Below are positions 13,523 through 27,275 of a stretch of DNA of 64,000 nucleotides, piece after piece. Under the pieces are notes generated by a model, which was given only the letters and a program-made list of their open reading frames with translations, was not told the origin of the DNA and did no database searches. Origin of the DNA: Phaeosaccion multiseriatum. Lineage: Eukaryota > Protista > Ochrophyta, other classes. Location of the stretch: NCBI GenBank assembly GCA_965112735.1, contig OZ218959.1:2666001-2730000 (forward strand), given 5' to 3'. The first letter of the stretch is position 1, and every line of letters starts with the position of its first letter. The position numbers and the translations under genes are program-made.

Positions 13523-15022
13523 TCAGCCAGTCGCAGTCGTCGGGAGAGGGTCGACCACTATAGTGAATGTCTGGGTATGTACGTCTATAGATCGAAACCG
13601 AAACAGCTCAAGCACGCACTCACGCACCTGCAGGGTCATCCTGCTCAGCAAGGAGCTCTTGTCCTTGGGCAGAGGGGTTTCCAGTCCGTCTTTGATGTGC
13701 CCCTGCTCCATCTCCACCACATCCTCGGCCAGGTACAGGCTTTCGAGCTCATGAGTACACATCACGAGCTTCACGCCGTACCTCTTGGCAAGGCTGTGTT
13801 GTTGTTGTTGTTCGTATTAAAATTCATAAGGGCAGAAGGGGGGCAAAGGGTTAGAGAAGGGATGAAGGGATAAAGAGTAGAGGGAAGGGTACAAGGATAC
13901 AAGGGTTGAAGGTTGAAGGAAAGGAAGGTTGATGGAAGGAAAGGCAGAAGGACACTCACTTCTCAAGCACGAGGTCCACCTTCTCACGGCAGCGCCGATC
14001 CATCCCGTGGGTGAGGTGATCAAGCACCAGGATGGGCGGGAGGGGGCAGGCCGCTCCTCTCGCCAGAGCCACCGCTATGGCCATCTTCGCTGTCTCACTG
14101 CCCGACAGACCCGTGCCTCGCTGGAGAGAGGAAGAGCCGAAGGGGGGGAGGGCGGTCAGTCAAACCGTCGGCTAATCACTCGGGCAGCTGGTCGATTCAT
14201 CAGCTCTTTGCCAACCACCGGACTAACCAATCAATCAACCAATCAATCAACCAATCAGTCAGTCACATAGACGCGCCACCAAGCAGCAGCTCGGAAGCTC
14301 TTGTGTGCCGCCTTTGGCCGCTGCTCTACTCTACCATCGGGTCTCAGCCGGCAATAACAAGGTACTACGTAAGGAACTACGTACCTTGTTCGCGCACTTC
14401 ATGAGGCCGGACATACCCAGCAGTTGGTGGACTAGAGCGGGCTTCACAGATGGGTCGCACAGAGGACTGCGATTACGCTTCAGCACGTCTCGAATGCTGA
14501 GGTACAGCTGCTTGTGGATGTCGAAGCCCCTCCCGTCATCGTCCTTGATCGGGATCACTAGAATGGCCTGAGAGAGAGGCGGGGAGAAAGAGAGAGAGAG
14601 GAGGGGGAGGGGGGGGGGGGTGAGGGAGAGGGAGAGAGAGAGAAGAGAGAAAGATCCAGAGTGAGCGAGAGGCGAAGAAGGGGGGCGGACTGGTTTCGTT
14701 ACCATCGTCCCTCAGCGCACTGATGACCGGCCCATTGGGATTGAATCGGCGGTAAGCCTCGTTAGGGCACTCTGAGTCCACAAATCACGACCACCTATGG
14801 TCTATCGTCTGCGTATGTCCAACTTGTATAGTATGATAGCACGTCCAACTTGTTTAGTATGATAGCACGAAGGCAGCGAGAGAGCGGAAGGCGAGCGCAC
14901 CTTCCGATTTGTGTAGCCCAGCACTGGAGTGTCCACAGTGACTGCCCCAGCTGAGGCCCTCTCCTCGCCTCCGATCACCCGCAAGAGCCTGGATAGGAGA
15001 GAGAGAGAGGGAGAGAGAGAGA

Positions 15023-15092
<70 letters not shown>

Positions 15093-16197
15093 AAGAAGAA
15101 CTTAGGGCACAAGGAGAGAGGGCCATAGGGCCTGTTACAGGTAATAAAAATCGCCCCAAGAGAAGAGCGACATGGAACGACCTGCAAATGCACAGTATCC
15201 TGGGCCCCTGCCCAAATGGTGGGGTGACTCACTCACTTGCTCTTCCCGCTTCGGGCCTCCCCGAGCACCAAGGTGGGACCGGGGCTCGTGATATGCAGGG
15301 TCACATCCTTGAGCTCCGGCCCTCTCTATAGCAAAGGATGTGGCCGTCAGGGAGGCAGAGGAGCGCAGAGATCGAGAGCGAGAGAGCGAGGCGAAGTGAG
15401 GGGCAGCGAAGGAAGGCCAGGGATCAGCTATGCCATCGCTGGCAGTTGAGAGCGATGGAGATGGGAACAGAAAGACGTGGGATAGTTTGTGTACCATACG
15501 AGGGGATAGGAGGATATTAGAAGTCGCCATAGCACAGCGGCCTTGCTTGACCTCCCGCTTCTTCTAGAGTGGCCTGTCCCTGTCCCTCCCGCGCTCCCTG
15601 CTCACCCCATCTTCGCCGCTCCAGAACCAGTCCAGCAGGCTTGGCTGATGCGTCGTGTGGACGCCCTCCAGGTGAAGCTGCGGCAAAAGCAGAGAGGGCG
15701 GACATGGGGCCTTTCAAGACGAAAGTAATAAAAAAGGTGGATAAACTGAAGAAATGTTGGGAGAAGGTCCATCTACGCACCTGCCCAGGAGGGTGGAACC
15801 CCTGCACGATAGGGTCATGCGGGCCGCTGCCCCCCTCCAGTTCAAGCCGCTGGAACCTCTCAGCTATCTCCGCCCTTCTTTTCTTGATTTTCGCGTTCCG
15901 ACCAAGGAATGACTGGGTGCCCACGAAGTCCTCCGTGGTCCACACCATGTCTTTCGCTGGGTCTGCCAGAAGCTTCTCGACATACTTCTCGTGCGGCGTC
16001 AGCTTCGCCTCCTCGTGATAGCTCGCGTTGTCTTCGCCTCCTGGTGATGATGTCCATAACTTCACTTCAACCCGCCCACACCGTCGGGCTGCTGCATGTG
16101 TGGACACCGGGCCGGTGCTCCAGCAGCAGCGGGGACTGGGAGCGAAAGCAGCAGCAGTTGTAGCTATTACCGAGAAAAGAAGAAGAAGAATTTCCAT
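13523..16197 (-). CDS. Plastid-targeted soluble ABC-type ATPase (NBD only), degenerate Walker B
   Basis: Not visible as one ORF in the track. Exons 16197-15781, 15677-15606, 15325-15237, 14988-14901, 14567-14385, 14120-13960 and 13793-13523 splice in frame. Presequence MEILLLLFSVIATTAAAFAP; LKDVTLHI; Walker A GEARSGKSKLLRVIGGEERASAGAVTVD; signature LSGSE; Walker B ILVLDH; D-loop THGMD; H-loop MCTHE..AEDVVEMEQGHI. Confidence 0.8.
14817..14868. repeat. 26-bp tandem duplication (intronic)
   Basis: GTCCAACTTGT(A/T)TAGTATGATAGCAC x2. Confidence 0.9.
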
Positions 16198-16369
16198 TTT
16201 CTTTACGGCAACTCGTTAAAGAAAAGCGCCGCTCGTCGAAAGGTGTTTATTGTTTATTGTTTATTGACTTAGGCGGCTTCTTGTATGCATGTTGGTGCCC
16301 CAGCTCCCAACTGTGAACCAAGCTCATGGCCATGATATCAGAGCTTTCGAGCTGGACGGCTGGACGACC

Positions 16370-18496
16370 ATGGCTCACTCTCACCGTAGTGGGGGCTTAA
16401 AGCAGTCCAACAAGAAGCATAAAGGGGGGGCGGGAGCGTCCAAGCGATCGCTGAAGGCAGCGGCCGGCGGCAAGGTGGAGCGCAGCAACAGAGCGGCCCC
16501 GAAGGCGAATAAGGGTGCAGGGGAAGCCACGAACGCGAAACTCAAGAGACTCAACATGGCGAAACAGGTGTGCTCAAGCCTAGAAGGGGAGGTTAGGGGG
16601 GGAGGGGGGTGGTAGCAGACACCGCTGCTATTGTTTTTCCCCTGTGGAGCCAGGGGTGAAATCCTCCCTCCACGCACGCCTCCCTACCCCTTTATCCCCG
16701 CTAAGGCAGTTAGTTGCTGCTACTCACCCCTTCTCCTTCCTGTGCTACTTTAAAATCCATCTCCTTTCCCCCCCCTTTCTCCCCCTCCACTTCCCTTCCC
16801 TCCCTCCCTCTCCCCTCCCCAACTCGCAACACGCCCCACTACGCCCCACGCGACATCAGACGAAGAAGCAAAGGCAGCAGGAGCTGCGCCTGGCCAAGCG
16901 TTTGGGCTCTGCAGACGGTCCTCCGAAGATCATCATGATCATGGCCCTGTCCTCCCTCGCAGATGTGGGTACACTCAGAGACACCCTCGTCGCTCAGGCG
17001 TCGTCCTCTACCGTCAGCGGTGGGAGCGATGTGCGCATGATCACAGCTACATATAGCCAATACAAGCAACGCGTGACGCTGCTGTGTCCGCCCAGGGGAC
17101 TTTTGTCCTGCCTGGAGTACTGTAAAGTCGCGGACATCATCATGCTGGCACTGCCGGTGCAGCAGGGTGAGGACAAATGCGTTGACGAGGTAAGTCTAAC
17201 AACAAGGGAAGCATCGCCGGTTGCTTGCCTTCCCCTACTGAAAGGCTTCGTTCTCCCACGCCGTCTCGTCTCCATGGCACGTCACCCCCCCCCCCCCCCC
17301 AAACCCCCCACCCCTCTCTCTCGTCGCTTTGTGTACCACCAACTCCTCCTGCGCCCGGAACACACACACATACACAGACGGGAGAGCTGATCTTGAGCGC
17401 TCTAAAGGCGCAGGGCTTGCCAACTGTGATCGGCGTAACTCAAGGCGCCAAGGAGCTGTCCAGCAGCAAGGCCCAGGCAGACATGAAGAAGTACGGACAG
17501 AGGCTCTTCGAAACAGAGTTTGGCGAGGTAGCCAAGGTGGTGACGGCTGATAACCCCGTGGCCATGGTACGCACGATTGTCAGCACGCCCTGTCGGACGT
17601 TACATTGGAGGGCGCAGAGGTCGTATCTCGTTGCAGAGTCCGCTGTTTTGGTGCCCGCTGCTGCGTCATTATCAGCAGCAGCAGCAGCAGCAGCAGGAGG
17701 AGGAGGAGGAGAGGGAGGAGGGGGGGGCGGACACGACCTGAAGGTGCGAGGATTCTTGAGAGGAAGGCCCCTGTCGGTGAACCAACTCGTGACCTTGAGC
17801 GGCGCGGGGCACTTCCGAATGACGCAAATCGCTCTGTGCCAGGAGCAAGGAGGGGCGGCGGCAGCGAGGCGAAGACCTGCAGCAGCAACAGCAGCAGCAG
17901 GAGGAGGAGGAGGAGAATTAGAGGGGGGGGACGTGACAATGGGCGAAGCAGAGGGTGGTAGTAGTAATAGCAGTAGTAGTAGTCGCGGTAGTCTTGATGA
18001 AGGCGCCGTGCTCGCCGTCTTGGCAGTTGCCGACCCGTCCAAGCAAGAGGCGCTGGCTCTCGAGGCAGAGGTTGACGACCTTGCAGGCGAGCAGACTTGG
18101 CCCACAGAGGAGGAGATGGCGATGGCGGATGTGGAGGCAGCAGGAGGAGGAGGGGGGGGGGGGGCTGATGAAGCATTGGCGCTAATGGACCCTGCGAAGA
18201 AGATGCACGCACCGCGACCGAAGGGGTGGTCAACCTATCAGGGAGCGTGGCTTGAGGGAGGAGCAGCACCACCACCTGCTGCTACAGCAGTTGGTGATAC
18301 AGCGGCAGGAGGAGTGGTGGATGCGGAGGATGGGGAGGAGTGGGTGAAGGGCGGGGAGGAGGAGGATGATGGGCTGGGAGGTAGTGATATGGATGCGATG
18401 GAGCTGGAGAGGGCAGAGCGAAAGATGCTCGAGGACAGGGCCAGAGAAGATATGGACTTCCCGGATGAGGTGGGTGTGTTTGTTTGTGTGTTTGTG

Positions 18497-18528
<32 letters not shown>

Positions 18529-21201
18529 CGCGTTATGTGTATGTGCGGGTGGGTGAGTGGTTGCGTGTATTTGTGTGTGCGTGCGTGCACGTGTGAGCGT
18601 GCGGCCTCTGTCCGTATGTCGCGCTGGCCCCTGTTCGCTGTCCTCTTGATTCTGTGATCTCTCCTAATTGCCCTCTTTACTCTCTCGTCTGCCCTCCCCT
18701 CTCTGCTCTTTCCTCTGTCCTCCTCTCTCCTCTAACCCTCATCATCCCCTCCCTCGTCTTGTCATTTGGTCCCCCTTGCCAGGTGGACACGCCCCAAGAC
18801 ATCCCTGCCCGCACCCGTTTCGCCCGTTACAGACACCTCAAGAGCTTCCGCACCTCTCCCTGGGACGCCAAGGAGTCCCTGCCCAGAGACTATGCCCGGG
18901 TCTACCAGGCAAGTACTCCTGCTGCTGTATCACCAACCGCTGGTGCTCATGGTGGTGGTGGTGGTGGTGGTGGTGGTGCTGCTGCTACTACTACTGAGTG
19001 ATGTGATGCACCTGCACACTGGGATGGGATGGGATGGCACTGTATGGATGGATGGATGGATGGATGACGTAGCCGCGGATGATGTGAACATTCAGAAATC
19101 CAATACTGATCTCTGTGATGAGTTACCGAATCGAGCTTTTTAACACTGACGCACCAGGCACAACAACCAGAGCCTTTCCTTCCCTGTAAGCAAGGCCTGT
19201 AGGAGAGGACAACGTGTTCACTTTATCTAACCGGAAGCACTACCCGTTAAACACTGCCCTTGCCCTTCGTTCCATCCCCTGTGGTCTCTGGGCTCTCTCC
19301 CTCTCTCGAACCCGCCTTGCTCTTCCACCCCCCACCCCTCCAACCCATTCCCCTTCTCGGCTTGTCTCGTCTCTCCCCTCTCCTCTCTATCGTCTTCGTA
19401 TCCCTCCTCTCCTCATGTCCTGTCCTGTGCAGTTTGATGACTTCCTAGCAGTGCAAAAGTCAGTCCATGCCGCGGCTGAAAAGGTGGAGCAGGAGCAGAA
19501 GAAGGCCTTCATTGCGGCCACCACACCCTCTAGCAGTGGCAGCAGCGTGGGGTCCAGGAGTCGTGCAGCCTCCGTTGCTTCTTCTTCCACTTCTTCGCAA
19601 GTTGGTGGTATGGACGTCGGCGTCGACGAGGGAGGATCAGAGTCGTGCTCTTCGTCCTCCCAAGGAGGGGGTGGAGGAGGAGCAGGGGGAGTGGTGATGG
19701 TCGGGGACGAGGAGGAGGGTGTGGTAGCCTCGGGGCAATACATAGAGATTACCCTCGCCAACGTCCCGAGCGACGTTCTGGAGCGCATCCAAGCCGCTCA
19801 GGGGGGGATACAGGGCCCACTTCTGCTCTTCTCGCTGCTCCGCTTCGAAGGCAAGCTCACTGTGCTGCACTTTAACATTCAAAGGGACAGCAGGCTACCC
19901 GAGGACGTGATCATCCCTTCCAAGGAGAAGCTCGTGTTTCAGTGTGGTTTCCGCCGCTGGACGGCCAAGCCCGTCTTCAGTCAGATATCGCTCAACTGCG
20001 AAAAGCATAAGTTTGAGAGGTTCTTACAGTCAGGTAGGTAGGGTGGGTGTGTGGATGCGTGTGTTTTAGGCGGGTAGGTGTGAGTCAGCGTTGTGGCTTG
20101 TGTGTGCCCGCGCGCGTGTGCGTGTGGGTGAGTGTGTGTGGGCGCGCGCGCGTGTTTGTGTGTATGTGTGTGTGTGTTTGTGAGTGTGTGGACAGGTGGT
20201 GTGTGTGTAGAGAAGGGCTGTTCTGTGTCTTCTTGGTCTCACCACCACTGCCACCCTCTTGTCCCTCTTTCTCTCTTTGTATCCGTCTCCTCTCTCTCTC
20301 TGTCTCTGTCTGTCTGCCTGTCTGTCTGCCTGCCTATTTCCTCTCTCTCTCTGTGTGTGTTTGTGCGTCTCCTCTCTATCTCTGCTTCCTCCCTACGGTC
20401 TCTGTCTCACCACCAATCATGTAACCAAAGGGAGGTTTGTAGGTGCCTCCTGCTACGGCCCCGCCACCTTCCAACCAGCCCCGGTGCTCATCTACCGTCA
20501 GCCGGAGGGCGCGGTTGGCGACGACGGGCTGCAGCTGGTGGCACACGGCTCTCTCACCGCAGTAGAACCCGATCGGATAATTCTGAAGAAGGTCGTGCTG
20601 ACAGGCTACCCGCTGAGGGTTCGAAAGAGAAAGGTGCGGGAATTGTAGAGTTGGGATTGTAGAGAAGGGGTTGGGTGGACAAGAGAGATGAAAAAGCGCT
20701 GACTTCAGTTACACATCGAGGCTGACTTCAGTTGTGTTCATTGATGTGCTATGCACCCATCCACCACCCACCACCTGCGCGCTTGAGCTCCGACTGACTT
20801 GCTTCTGTTTTGTGTACTTCCCCACCCACCGACTACCCACCCACTACTCACCAACCCACCTTCATCCACCCATCTACACACGTCTACATCCATCTACCTC
20901 ATACACCCACCAACCACCTACACTCATCTGCCCACCTACCTACCTACCTACCTACCTACCTGCCTGCCCTTAGGCCGTCATCAAGTACATGTTTTTCGAC
21001 CCTGAGGACGTCAAGTGGTTCACTCCCACCGAGCTCACCACCAAGTGGGGATTGACAGGTACCATCAGAGAACCAGTGGGCACGCACGGGCTGATGAAGG
21101 TGGTGTTTAATAAGCCTGTCAAGCAGAATGATATTGTGTGTTTGCATCTGTACAAGCGAGTGTATCCGAAGATGGATGGGGATGTTGTGGTGGTGCGGTA
21201 A
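16370..21201 (+). CDS. TSR1: Pre-rRNA processing protein TSR1 (40S biogenesis factor)
   Basis: About 7 exons. N-terminal [117 protein letters not shown]. Confidence 0.95.
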
Positions 21202-21459
21202 GAGGGGTGAGGAGGAGGAGGAGGAGGGGGAGGAGGAGGAGGAGGACGAGGACGAGGAGGAGGAGGAAGAGATAAACAAGGGCCACAAGAGTCACACATT
21301 CGTGGAATGGAGAGGTATGTGGTGCGTTTGGTGTTCAGTATCAACCATCTGCCTTCTGAAAACCTTTGGTTTTTCCTTCATTTCCATTACTTCAATTAAA
21401 AAATGTTAAGAATCTATAGTAGCGAAGCAAAAGGATGATGAAAGAACATGGCCTCTCTT

Positions 21460-24400
21460 TCAGCCCCTGCTTCCGCCTCCGCCTGCGACTGCCCCCATCG
21501 GCTTCACCGGGAGAGAAGCTCCCAACCCACCCCCGGGGGGCAATTGCGATGCTACAAAGGTGGTAGCCCCTCCTCCTCCTGTCGCTGCTCCTGCGGCTCC
21601 TCCTCCTCCTCCTCCTCCTCCTCCTCCGCCAACAACAGCACGATTCTTGCTGCTGGTCTTGGGTTGCATCAACCCCGGCATACCGGCCGCGACCCTCGTG
21701 CCCGAATAAGCCAATGAAGTCAACCCCACTGCAAACTGCAAACTACTCCTACTCTCCCCCCCGCTGTCTTGAGTGGAAGCCAGCGACCCCATCTCACTCG
21801 TCACCTCTGAGCCCTCCCTCCACCCCCCTATGCTGCTGCCCCTACTTCTGTCCATCGTCATATGGGGCCGCACCCCTCCCAGCCGCGGTGGCGATCTTGT
21901 TTCCCTGCGCGCAGCTGCTGTATCACTAACTGCTGCGGCTCTTTCTCCTCCTCGTTCTCCTCCCCCTCCTCCCCCTCCTCCTCGTTCTCCTCCCCCTCCT
22001 CCTCCTCCTCCTCCTCCGCGTCCCGCTGCTGCTGCTGCTGCTGCTGCTGCCTCTCCCCTTGTCCTCACTCTATCGCGAAGTTTGGTGGTAGTGGGCTGGC
22101 TAGGAAAGTCCACGCCCTGCCCATATGACTGCGGCCTGCCCCCTCCTCTTCCTCCTCCTCCTCCTCCTCCTCCTCCTCCTCCTCCTCCTCCTCCTCCTCC
22201 TCCTCCTCCTCCTCCTCCTCCTCCTCCTCGCTGCTGCTGCTGCTGTGGTCGGAGTGTGTGAATCCATCTGCTCGTGCCATTCTGTCCGAAGGCGGCGTAG
22301 TGCTGCTTCTGATAGGGATGGAGGCGCTCCACATTCCTTAATTCTCGCGTGCCGTCCATGTTGAGCACGGTGCGCGACTTGTCTCTCTCTCTCTCTCCTC
22401 TCTTATTGGTGGCAGCCTTTCCTCCTCCGTTCTTTCGGTGTTGGGCACCGCCGCCGCCCACCTCTGCTCGGGTCGCTAGAGCAGTTGGTGATACAGCAGC
22501 ACCAGCACCAGCACTAGACACGTCCGTAGTGGCAGGTACACTGACGACTGACGCCACACCGACACCCACACCAACACTGCCACCAACACCGAGACCGAGG
22601 CCGAGACCGAGGCGGACATGAGGTGGGGGAGGGCGGGGAGAGCATCCTCCTGGGTTCAGACCAGCCCGAGGGGCCTTGGTGACTGAGGGGGAGGCTGACA
22701 CGCAGTGCGCCAAGGACTGCGAGTGTAAATGCAAGTGTGAGTGTGAGGATGAGACGGGAGGGTCGTGGAAGTGCTGTAAGACGGATACGCCCCCGCCTCC
22801 GCCCCTTTCTCGAGCCGCAGACAAGAGGCTGGTGCTCACAGCGCTGCCGTTCCCTCCTCCTTCTCCACCTCCACCTCTACCACCACCTCTTCCTGCCCCT
22901 GCTCCTACTCCTTCTCCTCTTTCTGCTCCTGCTCCCCCTTCTGTCTTTGACGCCACCACGTGCATCGTGCTGTCTCCCTCCTCGGATTCATCCCTTTCCC
23001 ATCCTCCCTCCAGACTTCTACCTTCTCCACTTGTAAACACTCCTCCTCCTCTTCCTGCTGCTGCTGCTCCTGTAGCTGCTCCTGTAGCTGCTACCAACCC
23101 CCGTGTGGTCACGGAGTAGTGCCCTTGAATGGCCAACGGTGCATCACCAGCCGCTACTGTATCACCAACTGTTACCCCCCCTCCAGCTCCTCGTCGGTGC
23201 GCGGGGAGCGGCGGAGCGCGCTCTCTGACATCAGCTGCCATCCTCTCGTCCTCACCAAGATAGGTCATCCCCCGCAGGGCCGTGGTGCGGGGCTGAATGG
23301 TTGGTCGGTAGTACTCGTTCCTCTCGTTCTTGTAGCCTTGCGCAAACAAATCGCCTGTCTCGGGAACCCTACGCTCCCCATCCCTACCCCCTGAATGTTG
23401 CTGTTGTTGTCCACTTCGTCCTGCCTTCAGCAAGGAGTGCTGATGACCCAACTGCTCTGCTCCTGCTCCTGCTCCTGCTCCCGCTCCTGCTCCAGCTCCT
23501 GTTCTCACAACACCACCACCCGCCGTGTGTGGTCGTCGTCGTCGTCGTCGTCGTTGCTGTTGACCAACGCTACCTTCACGTTGCCCTCCACCTCCACCTC
23601 CACCTCCACCTTTCCCGTACCCATGCCCAGCTTCTTCCTCCTCCTCCTCCTCGTCGTCGTCGTCGTCGTCGTCCTTCTCGCCTCGGCGCGTTCTACTCCC
23701 CTCGTGGCTGGCTGGTCGATTGCTCGGCGGTTTCCCCGCTGAATCGCCAACTACCCACGTAGTCCAATGCATATTAAAAGACACCGGAGGCCCGTCCATG
23801 GCTCGCCGTTCCCCCCTCCTCCAGCCCTTCCCGAGGGGGCGCTTCTTCACCAGCGAAGAAGAGTCCCGAGGGGGTGCGGTCAAACCCTCCTCCTCCTGCT
23901 CCTCCTGCTCCTGCTCCTGCTCCTCCTCCTCCTCCTCCTCCTCCCCCACCTCCTCCTCCCCTTCCTCGACTCGAAAGCCTTCCTCCTCATTCTCCTCCCG
24001 TGACTGCGTCTGCACTCGTCCCACCCTATTGCTACCCACAGAGCCCTGCTGCTCTTTCTCATCAGAAGGAGGTGATGTGATGCGTTCTCCTCCGACAGCT
24101 GCATCACCAACTGCTGCTGCTGCATCGGTCTCCTCAGCCCTATTTCCCCTCCCATCGCTCCGCTTGTTGTCGTGACCCTCGCCTTCCTCCTCCTCCTCCT
24201 CCTCGCCTTGCAACTGCTGTCCAGGCCCTTGTCCTACGCTGCTGTCGTCGTCGCCACCCATGACTCCTCCCGCACTGTGCTGTGTCGTGCTAGGGACGCT
24301 AATGGCCCCCGATAGACTCATACCACCCCCCCCACCACCACCACCACCACCATGACGAGGAGAAGGAGCAGTGGCAGCAGTCGCCGCGTCCTCCTCGGTA

Positions 24401-27244
24401 TTTTGGGGCACTGCAAAGGCTCCTCCTCCTCTTGCTCCTTCTTCTCCTCCTCCTCCTCCTCCTCCTCCATATACTGGCGAAGATAGAGGACCAACGGCAG
24501 CAGCAGCACCACCACCACCACTTGGTGATACAGCAGCGCCACCGCCCCACAGCCCTCCTCGGTCCTGCATCCCGACGACGCGTGAAGGCGACAAGGACTC
24601 CGACTGTGACTGCTGCTGTATCACCAACCGCTGCTCCAACAGGAAGTCATCCGCCACCCCACACCCCAGTACATAGCAGCTCTTGCCCGCCACTTCGCGC
24701 CACACGGGCTGAGCAGCCCTCCTCGCCCTCCACTCGTCGTTGACCCGGCCGGTGCTACATGTATTCGGACTGGCGTCGCGCCATCTGTGGCCTTCGCCCC
24801 ATTTGCTGCCATCGCCGCTACTGGTGTTACGCCGCGTCCTTCGTCTCGACAAAGTGCCTCCTCCTCTTCCCTTTGCTTGCTGCCAGCTACCCAAGACCCT
24901 CCCTCTTCCTCCTCCTCCTCCTCCTGCTGCTGCTGCTGCTGCTGCTGCTGGGGCTCCTCCTCTTGTTCTCGCAGAGGGGAGGGTGCTGCTGCGTGTGGTG
25001 GTCCTCTTGGTCATTGGCGACGACTGCTCTGACTTCCCCATATACCCACAGAGCTTCAGTTCCTCCTCCACCTTCTCACTAAGACACACCGACAAGTCCA
25101 TCGCCGAAGCATGCGAAAGCTCTCTTAGCTCTACTGACGGTTCTCTTAGCTCTACTGATGGTTCTCGAGAGAATTCTCTTGATAGCTCTCTCGATAGCTC
25201 CAGTGCTACCGTGCACGTGGTATCTCCAGTCACACTCCCTCCTTCTCCTTCTTGTTTCCTCCCCTCACCACCGCAACCGTCGCCGCCATCGTCCGGAATG
25301 GCGTGTGTGAGCACCGCTGCAGTAGAGGGGGGGAGAAGGGCGGAGGAGGAACAAGAGGAGGCTGTAGCACCATTGCCACCGCCGGAGGGAGAGGGGTGCG
25401 ATGACGAGACAGGAAGGAGAGGTATGACGGATCCGGTCTGGTGGTCCGGTGGGACTCCGCAGCTGCCCTTGTGCTTGAATTGCTCTTCTTGCTCGTGCTC
25501 CTCCAAGCTTCCCGCGATCGCAGTAAGACCAAAGATGAGCCCATCTCTGCTCACGGGGTTGTTGCTGCTGTTGTTATTGGTCACCCCTCTGCTGCCATCT
25601 CTACCGCCGCCGCTACCATCGACCTTCGCCACAAGACGTTGCCCCTGCCCCTGTCCCTGCGCGTGGATGGAAGAGCCTACTCCTCCCCTCATTGATCCGA
25701 CGATGGAGTAGCAAGAGGAGGACGGAGAAGCAGCGAGGAGAGAACACGAGGGAAGTGGAGCCATCGTCGTTGTCGTCGTTGTCGGCTTTGCTGACAACGG
25801 CACTACTCTCTCGGCCCCGGCTCCTTGCTGTCGCACCTACACGTGTTGGTTGTTCGTGGGCGGGTGATCGTCATCGTTCAAGGAAGAAGGGGTGGACGAA
25901 GTGTTTGCGTGAGTACGTGCGTGGTGAGTGCATGAGTGAGTGGGTGAGGGGTGCGTGAGGGCGTGAGTGTGTGCGTGCGTGAGTGAGTCAGGGAGAGAGT
26001 GAATAATGTGCACGCATGAAAGGAGCGGAAAGTGTGCGTGCGCGCTTGCGTGCGTGAGTGCGTGAGTGCGTGAGTGCGTGCAGGGGCTTGTGCGTGCCCA
26101 ATGGCAGTCATTCGCTCTTGCTCGCTTCGTTTGCTTTGCTCACTCACCCTGAGAAAGGAGTTGATCTTGGGATCGAGCCGAGTGCTGAGGTGCACGTGTG
26201 AGTTCAGGAGCTTGAACGATCCCATCCCCTTCATCATTGCCATCCAATCCTCACCCACACCACCACCACCACCACCACCACCTCCTCCTCCTCCTCCTCC
26301 TCCTATGTTGCCTGTAGCGCTGCTGGTCGCATCCTTGTCCCTTCTCTTCGCCCCCCAACCCTCGCAACTCAGAGAGAGATCGGACGGAGAGGCGGGTCCT
26401 TCCGCATACCCAACCTGCTGCTGTGTCACCAACTGCTGCTGCTGCTGATGATGATGATAATGATGATGATGCTGTGCCCAATCGGATTCAGGGCCCAGCG
26501 CTCCTGCTGTATCACCAACTGTTGTATCACCAACTGCCGGTCCTGCATCACGAACTGCCGCCGCTGCTGCTGCTGCTCTATCACCATCTTGCTGCTGTAT
26601 CACCACCTGCTGAGCCCCTTCCTCAGGCCCTCTTACATCCGAAGAACGGCTCAGGGGGTTCGGAGCCGTCAAGGGTCGATGATGATGATGCAACAGGGGG
26701 GGTTCTCCCCCCTTGGGACCCTCTCCCCCCGCGGACCATATGCTGCCATCCCCGGGGAGAGTGTCGTCACCGCCTGCTCCTCGGACGTGGTGCCACTGCT
26801 GCTGCTGCTGCTGCTGCTGCTGTATCTCCAACTGCTGCTGTATCTCCAACTGCTGCATCTGGTGGAAAGTGCTGCTCAGCCGAAAGACGCCGTCCTTGTC
26901 ATGCCGCACCGACGGGACCAAGCCTCTGAGGGGGGCGTTTAGAGCACTCCAGGGGGGGGGCGACAGCTGGGCTGCTGTTGTTGCCGTTGGGGCTGGCGTT
27001 ACAGAAGCACCACTCACCGTGCCATTGGCAGCCCCACCACACTCCACTCCAAGGCCTGCTAGGTAGCTGCTGCTGCTGCTGCTGCTGCCATTGTTGTTCT
27101 TGCTGTTGTTTCTAGTGCACGTGTTGGTGCTACAGATAAGCTTGTCAGCCTCGTTCTGCTCCCGGATGGAGGCCGGAGGGGCGAGCACGAAGCAAGCGTC
27201 CCATGCCTCCTCTGACACGAAAGCGCTCACAAGCTTGGCCATCG

Positions 27245-27275
<31 letters not shown>

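Noticed and set aside
14703-14810. Possible extra exon in the ABC gene with an in-frame TGA (selenocysteine or readthrough idea)
   Set aside because: No splice combination I tried keeps frame with the neighbouring exons, whereas skipping it gives a clean model; no SECIS evidence.
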